NCBI GenBank assembly: GCA_951406725.2
Contig: OX597823.1
Span: forward strand, 101,742,001 to 101,806,000
Length of the DNA stretch: 64,000 nucleotides
Direction: 5' to 3'
From: Octopus vulgaris
Taxonomy: Eukaryota
Below the pieces are notes generated by a model. The model saw nothing but the letters and a program-made list of their open reading frames with translations, was not told where the DNA came from and did not search any database. How positions within the stretch are numbered: the first letter of the stretch is position 1; every line of letters begins with the position of its first letter. Positions 56,748-64,000 of the stretch are shown here, one piece after another. The position numbers and the translations under genes were made by a program.

Positions 56748-56770
56748 TTACATACATACATACATACATA
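55945..56770. repeat. About 820-bp (TACA)n/(TGCA)n compound microsatellite
   Basis: Seen directly; source of the 200-325 aa pseudo-ORFs. Confidence 0.97.
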
Positions 56771-57372
56771 TATTTCCATTAATTCCGACGTATACGTTCA
56801 GTATCAGAGCATTGTGGACTTGTTATTTCGAATAGCTTTTGGCGTGTTGTAGGGTCTACCAGATAAATCCATCGTGAAGGTCATACCCATTTCTTTATTT
56901 CGGCTATTCGCAAGCAGTTTTTCCTCGTGGTTTAATCAAAATAGAACGTATGGTTTACATTTACAAGACTGGAAGAACTGAAGACAGACTCTTTACTGTT
57001 CGACCAATCCCTCAACTTCTTCAAATTCCTCTTGGAGAGAAGAAAGCGAACAAGGAAATAGAAATGTTACCCTTCAGTGAATTTGCCAAAAGATCGTTGA
57101 GGAAAGTGGGGAATACCCGCTTGGATAGGCCTTTCCCTGTCAGCATGTGCCTGTATCCGGAAAACATGAGTGGGAAGGGCTCTTGCACTTGGTATATATG
57201 TTAATCCTGGATACGTGGGATTCCTTGATCTTTTTCTAAGTTGCTATCTCCCTATTGGGACACCTCCGGTCCTACACAACCCAAATCTGTATTTATATAT
57301 TTACTTGTTAATTTTCTTTATCTCTATAGCCTTCGCCGTCGAGGCAAATAAAGGAATTATTATCATTACTAT

Positions 57373-57567
57373 GGCGAGTTGGCAGAATCGTTACCACGTC
57401 GGGTAAAGTTCTTAGCGTTATCTCGTCCGTCTTTACGTTCTGAGTTCAAGTTCCGCCGAGGTCGACTTTGCCTTTCATCCTTTCGGGATCGATCAATTAA
57501 GTACCGGTCATACACTGTGGTCGATGCGATCGACTTATCCACTCCCCCCAAATTCAGGTCTTGTGCT
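57373..57567 (+). mobile_element. SINE family B
   Basis: ggcgagttggcagaatcgtta..gagttcaagttccgccgaggtcgac. Confidence 0.85.
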
Positions 57568-57757
57568 TTTATTTTTATAATCTGGGTTTTATAAGGTTAA
57601 TGATACAGGGAAATATGGCGATATCGGATTCACTTGGCTTTGAAAATGTCTATAATGTGTTAGTTTGGAGAAGCAGAGGCTATCGTAGAAGAAGCAGAAC
57701 AGACAGACAGAGGAGGATGCGTAACTTCCGGTTGTTGCTGCTGTTGATGTTGCTGTT

Positions 57758-57927
57758 GAGCGAACGGTCTGCGTCCCAGAGCTCGCAAGATGGGAGAAGT
57801 CCAAAACGTGGTCCTTTGCTATTCGTAAGACCCGCAGAAGAGAAAGCAGGTCAACCCCCAACACCGAGAGCATCGACGGATGGATGAATGCGCATCCAGG
57901 CTCAGCGGTTGCGTAGGAAGTCGGGGA
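57758..57927 (-). mobile_element. SINE family C, 5'-truncated
   Basis: Matches 19643-19800; tgctgtt on both flanks (possible TSD). Confidence 0.85.
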
Positions 57928-58956
57928 TGCTGTTGCTGCTCTTGCGTTGTTGATTTTATTGTTGTCGCTATTATTGGTGTGTTGTTGGTGTTTAACACTA
58001 CACGAACTCTGATCGAGTGAACCAACTTATGAAAGACGTTTCAGATGTGACCATCTCGTCGTTTGATACATCAGGACTACTTTGTCCTGTGTATCCTGTG
58101 ACTCGTGCGGTGCAGAATGAATACAATATTCGTTCTGTACTGCGAGAGTCACCGGTGATAATAGTGCTATAAATTAATGTGGTGAACTGGAACATATATA
58201 TAGTGCAAGACTTTACAAAGTCGCATAATTTTATAACAAAATTAGAAAGTTGATGCAAAAGAAAATATGGCGCAAAATGCGCTTGGTAAGCAAGTATTAA
58301 AACAACAGAACAGTGGTTCTCAAACGATGCACCACATGGGGTAACTACGTATACTGCGGACTTAAAGGCGTGGCTGTGTGTTAAGAAGCTTGCTTTCCAA
58401 CCACATGGTTCCTGGTTCAGTCCCACTACAAATGGGGCGGCATTTCTGGGTCTACTTCATAAGCCTGTATAGGTTGTGTAAGCTCCGGAAATGGAGACGC
58501 AAAACAAAAGGTTGACCCGAAGGGTACACATTCGAGCTACGCTAGTAGCGTTGGCCCAAGTTTTGTTATTGAAAACGGTGAACTATGCGGAAGCCCGTCA
58601 GAGTACCTGTAATTCAAAGAACCAGGTGCTATTAAGTTAGACGTGGCCTGGGCCAACACTGGCCAAAACCTTTCTAAATTATTCTAAGTTACTGACTCAT
58701 CGCTGATTCTATCGGAAGATTACGTTAATGGTACACGCATCTTTGGAATACTCAGCCATTTACACGCGAATTCAATGAGTAGGTAGTTCAGTTGATCGGG
58801 TAACTGAATGCTCATTGTCGAAAGCGACTGAGATCCATTTACTATGAAGTTTGAAGAAAACGTCGCATTCATGTCTATTGAGCTCTTACACACACACACA
58901 CACATTTTCTGTCTGTCTGTCTGTCTCCTCTCTCTCCCTCTTTCTTTACCTCTCTC

Positions 58957-59002
<46 letters not shown>

Positions 59003-59809
59003 TCTCTCTCTCACTTTCTGCTACCATGTGGCTGCGTGTGTTCGCGTGTGTGTATTCAATAAACATACTACATACAATGAATGCCTACTGAAATTTACCG
59101 AGGGGAAAAAGGTACTTAACATTGCTGTCGCGTGGTTTACATGGAGCTAATTCGTTTAATCTCCCCCCCCCCCCTCTCTCTCTCTCACACACATACACAC
59201 ACCAACACATAGAAGTATATGTTTATGTATGTGCTTGTATGTATGAGTATTTCTCTCTCTCATTCTTTCTTTCGCCCTCTCTCTTCTCCTCTACTAGAGT
59301 GCGAGCGTGTGTGTGTGTGAGTGTGTGTATGTGTGTTGTACAGAAACACACACAGAACACACATATACGCACACCTATACATGTACATATAAATAGATGT
59401 ATATGTGTCTATGTGTGTATTCGTATGTGTGCGCATAGGGGCATGTGTGTATAGTGCTTGTTTCTCTCTTTCTCTCCTCTCTCTCTCTCTCTCCCTCACG
59501 TTCGCTCTGTGTGTGCGTGCGTGTGTGTGTGTGTGTGTGCGTGTGTGTACAAGCAGTTCCGTCCGTCCCGTCTTCAGACCTCTCTTTAACTTTCCCGCGC
59601 TCTCTTTCACACTTTCCTTCATATCATCCTTTCACTCGCTTCATCTTTGTTCTTCGCTCTTTCCTCCCTCGCCGACACACACACTTCTTCTTGCTCCCTT
59701 TACTTATCCTCCTACTTTCCCCTATTTTTCTCATTCTTCCCTCTTCTCTGCCTTCATTCATCTTTATCTCTTTTCTTCTCTTTATCTCTCACTTTCTCTC
59801 TCTGTCTCT

Positions 59810-59851
<42 letters not shown>

Positions 59852-60302
59852 TCTCCTGCTACTCATAGATGTCATCCAGTTTATCTTCACAAACGCTCCA
59901 CTTACACTCCCTGCTATCCGTATACAGCTAGACAAACATACAAATTACACGCATACACACACAGACGCACACATACACATAATTATACAAGTGTATATGT
60001 GTGTGTGTACGAACTTCCAAACATACACATACATTTGAGCACATTTACACAATTTTATACCACTCACTGTAATTCAAACACACACACATATATATACACA
60101 TACATACATACATACATACATACATACATACATACATAGACACACACACACATCGAACACAATTTACATAATGTATATACATATGCATTAAAGTGTGTAT
60201 TTATATATATATATACATCTTAAACATGCACCTATATACATTTATAAATATTTAAAAGAAACCATAAACAACTCCAAACCTACCTACGTAAACACAAACA
60301 CG

Positions 60303-60351
<49 letters not shown>

Positions 60352-60620
60352 ACACACAAGTATCCCGTATACGCATATATATATATACACGCACAGTACG
60401 CTGGCTTGTACATATAGCGGAGTTCACCATTCCGCTGGACCGCACTCGCTTCTAAACAACCCTCACACACAGAACGGCGCCAAAACCTTAACATGGATCT
60501 TATAGTCAGGAATTTCTTTCGTCCGGTGAGATTTTAATATAGTATTGCCATTGACTTAATCATAATTTCCATTATCACTAACTGTAGAAACTAATACTTA
60601 TATTGTTTCAAAATAGAAAC

Positions 60621-60686
<66 letters not shown>

Positions 60687-60881
60687 GTTTATATATGTGT
60701 GCGTTGATGTTTTTTTTATTTTTTTGTAAGCCTGTTAGCCACAAGATTGATGGATGAGATTATAATATAATGTTAGAAATTAAATACTATTGGTACGCTT
60801 GTGCGTATATGTACATGTTTCATAGACACACGCACATACACACACACATGCATACATACATACATACGCACATATATATAC

Positions 60882-60933
<52 letters not shown>

Positions 60934-61155
60934 CAAATTATACAACTATATATCCCAATGTAAGAGTTGTAAATACATTAAAAATACATTTTTTATGGTG
61001 TGCATGCCATTATCTTTTATTGGACTATCAACAGTTGACAGTCTTCTCCAGAGTTTCTGCCTGGGTTTGGCTACTCACGACACTCATATACTGCCCAGCT
61101 ACGGTTGAAACTCTGAGTACACACAATCAACTTTTGTTGTATAATAAATACATAA

Positions 61156-61320
61156 GGCAGCCAGTTGGCAGGATCTTTAGCACACCGGACTAAATATTTA
61201 GCGTCATTTCGTTCGTCTTTTACGTTCTGAATTTAAATTCCCTTAGGTCGATTTTGCCTTCATCCTTTTGGGGTCGATAAAATAACTGAAATTGCTGGCC
61301 TTGTGCCACCATTTGAAGCC
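61156..61320 (+). mobile_element. SINE family B
   Basis: Degenerate head, body, and gctggccttgtgcca tail. Confidence 0.75.
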
Positions 61321-61322
61321 GA

Positions 61323-61595
61323 AGCATTCTTTCGATATAACTTGACAAAGTCAAAACATTCCACTTCGAGTATTTCCGTGGGTTGTGGAGTATAGATATA
61401 ACGAGATTATGCCAGCAATGTCTCATTTTAAACTTGAAGAAAAAAGCCTTGCATATTTGTTCTTACCTGTTTCATGTGTGTATGTAAAATCCGCAAATTT
61501 CCAAGCAGAAAACAGAATCGAACTGTCATTTGCTTCCACGGAAATACCCGAAGTGAAATGTTTTGATTTTTGTCGAGTTATATCGAAAGAATGCC
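61323..61595. mobile_element. MITE with about 58-bp TIRs and 8-bp TSD
   Basis: TIRs 61323-61381 / 61536-61595; GAAGCCGA at 61315-61322 and 61596-61603. Confidence 0.85.
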
Positions 61596-62229
61596 GAAGC
61601 CGAGATATATAATAAACACACACATGTATACGCACACACATACATATGCGCACTACATTGTTGGGTTTCGATCCAGAATATTCAGCTCATAGCATTATTA
61701 ATTTTTTTTTTTGTACTTTTTCTCCTTCTCCTGAACACAAAAACTTTTATACCTAATCAAAACATACTAAATTTCTCGGGGTCAGTTAAGGAGTCTCTAC
61801 GTGATCGCTTAAATAACAACCATATCTCCCTATTTCTTAAGAAGACAAGCACACATAAGATAATGTGGTCTCAGACACATTATTGTGTCTAAAAGAAAGA
61901 TGTTACGGTCACGGCTGGAAGTCCTTTTCATGCATAGTTCTGCTGGAAGAGGATTGTCCTGGGACTAAACAACAATAAATTCTTCCGAGAACATGTCCAC
62001 GTTACGGTTTCAAGTCCGAGATCGGAATCGAGTACGTATTGTTCCTCGACAGTCTTTCAATGAATCGAGTACACAATTCAATTTCGGTGTTAATTCCCAT
62101 TTGAAAATGTTACTTCACTAACGCAGTTGAGAGAGGCATAAACGCCATCGCCTCACATTGTCATATATTCAATGGGTGGTCTTTCGTCTAAGTATATAAA
62201 ATGTCCGACAATAAAATGAATCTTTAATA

Positions 62230-62374
62230 TTTTACTGGTTTCAGTCACTGGACTGCGACCATACCAGAACATCGATTTGGAAGGTTTTAGTCAAACTGAG
62301 TCCAGTACTTATTTTTAAAGACTAGCACTTATTTCTGTCGGTTTCTTATGTCGAACCTCAAACACACACATGCA

Positions 62375-62435
<61 letters not shown>

Positions 62436-62485
62436 TTCTCTCTCTCCCTTTCTCTTTCTCTCTCTCCCTCTCTCTTTTTCTCTCC

Positions 62486-62520
<35 letters not shown>

Positions 62521-62680
62521 CGAACTTCCATGCAGTTTCTGTCTACCAAATTCACTCACAAAGTCTTAGTTGGCTCTGGGCTACAGTAGAAAACACTGTC
62601 CTAAAGTGTCACGCAGTGGGACTGAACCCGAAGCCACATGTTAAAAAAAATTCTCTTCACCACACAGCCATGTCTGCTTC
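62230..62680 (-). mobile_element. SINE family A, degenerate, interrupted by (CT)n
   Basis: gcagtgggactgaacccg head region and tttcagtca tail. Confidence 0.75.
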
Positions 62681-63549
62681 TATAGCATAAAGCTGACAGA
62701 TTGTTCTTTACTTTTCCATTTTTTCTTAATTGAATAATACATATTTAATGGCTGAATGTAGAAAACAAAACTCGTGTAACAATAGCGGAGGACTTCATCA
62801 TTAATAATAAAGATCTGACTCAAAGGAATTGCCTGTCGATGAGATATTCACCAGATAACTCATGATATTGATTCTATAATTAAGTTTCTTGCAGCTGTTA
62901 AATTTCAACATTAATGTCTTATATAATGTTTTTTCGGCTTCGGGATTCTAAGCGGCCCTCACCCACCCCAAAAAATAACGAAAACAATCATTCGAATTTT
63001 AGTGAAAAACAAAAATAATGATTATTCTTGCACTTCGAAAATGGTTTTATAAGTGAAAAATCAATTTCAGTTTCATTCTATTGCCATACATTTTATACAC
63101 CTAAAACGAAATATTGCCATCCACTGATGAGTTTGTTTGTTCAAAATCATTGGTTTTCTTTGTTTTTTGTTTTGTTTTGTTTTTTTGCTTTGTTTGTTTA
63201 TCGTTGCTGTCGTTCTTGCAGTGGTGCATGTAGTACAGTGGTAAAGCGTTATGTTTTCTGCCATTCGAGTCTGAAGGAATAACGGTTTCGATTCCTAGTT
63301 GGACGACTCCTCTTTTATTCTAATTATTGATTCAATATATTCATCTTTTCCTAGCAGACTCGGGAGAAAGTTTTAAAAATTCGCTTCTCAATCACGTAGA
63401 TCTGGATTCGGTTACTCTGTGTGGTACCTTCTGCTATCGTTAAAATAAGCACCAGACTTTCAAATAAATACAGGGGCCGATACGATTAGCTAAACCTTTG
63501 AAGGCGGTGCCCCAACATGGCCACAGTCCAGTGGCCAAAGCTAATAAAG

Positions 63550-63594
<45 letters not shown>

Positions 63595-64000
63595 CACTCA
63601 CACACACACACACACACATAAAACAAATTGTTTCTTTTTTAATATTGAACGCCAAACTATATGCTTTATTTATGTTGCTGCCGTCGGAAATATTAGACCG
63701 GGGTGAGGATGAGGGAGAAACAAAATCCGAAATGGGCTCAGCTGGATTGCAATCGATCAGAACTGACCTAGGTCAAAATAACAACAATTGAATGAGTTAT
63801 CATTGTCTCCTCTTAAATAGCACAAACCTTTATATTTGGGATTACAAATTCTTGCTGTGATATGTTCGTTTATATTTTTGTCTCCTGATAATTAAATACG
63901 TTTTGCTTTATAATATTCTTTTTTATAATCCACGTTAATCTTAATTCGGATAGATCCCCGATAATCCAGTATCGTTTAGATATATTCTCTAGTGGGATTT

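Noticed and set aside
55805-56835. Long ORFs of 200-340 aa (also 6406-7434, 38269-38747, 29699-30323)
   Set aside because: Stop-free translations of TACA/TATG/GATA microsatellites; not genes.

Overview
AT-rich, extremely microsatellite-rich eukaryotic non-coding DNA. The SINE families and repeat landscape look like an octopus/coleoid cephalopod genome (inference, not proven). Almost all listed ORFs are translations of simple repeats. The real content is: one decayed IR/DR-type Tc1 transposon (3269-4824), one decayed irritans-like mariner (53555-54817), a 5'-truncated R4/Dong-type RLE LINE inside a (TAA)n tract (13580-15173), several MITEs, many copies of at least five tRNA-headed SINE families, and one plausible isolated + strand coding exon (36163-36263), suggesting the window lies in a large gene. 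Two patterns are not explained by these annotations. (1) About ten type-I hammerhead-ribozyme-like motifs (one nearly intact and present as an inverted pair at 47410/47797) lie in short islands usually bordered by (TA)n/(CA)n tracts, consistent with Penelope-like/retrozyme relics. (2) Local fold-back inverted duplications (about 45-200 bp arms) recur and would make long dsRNA in any transcript crossing the region. All alignments and counts were made by eye.
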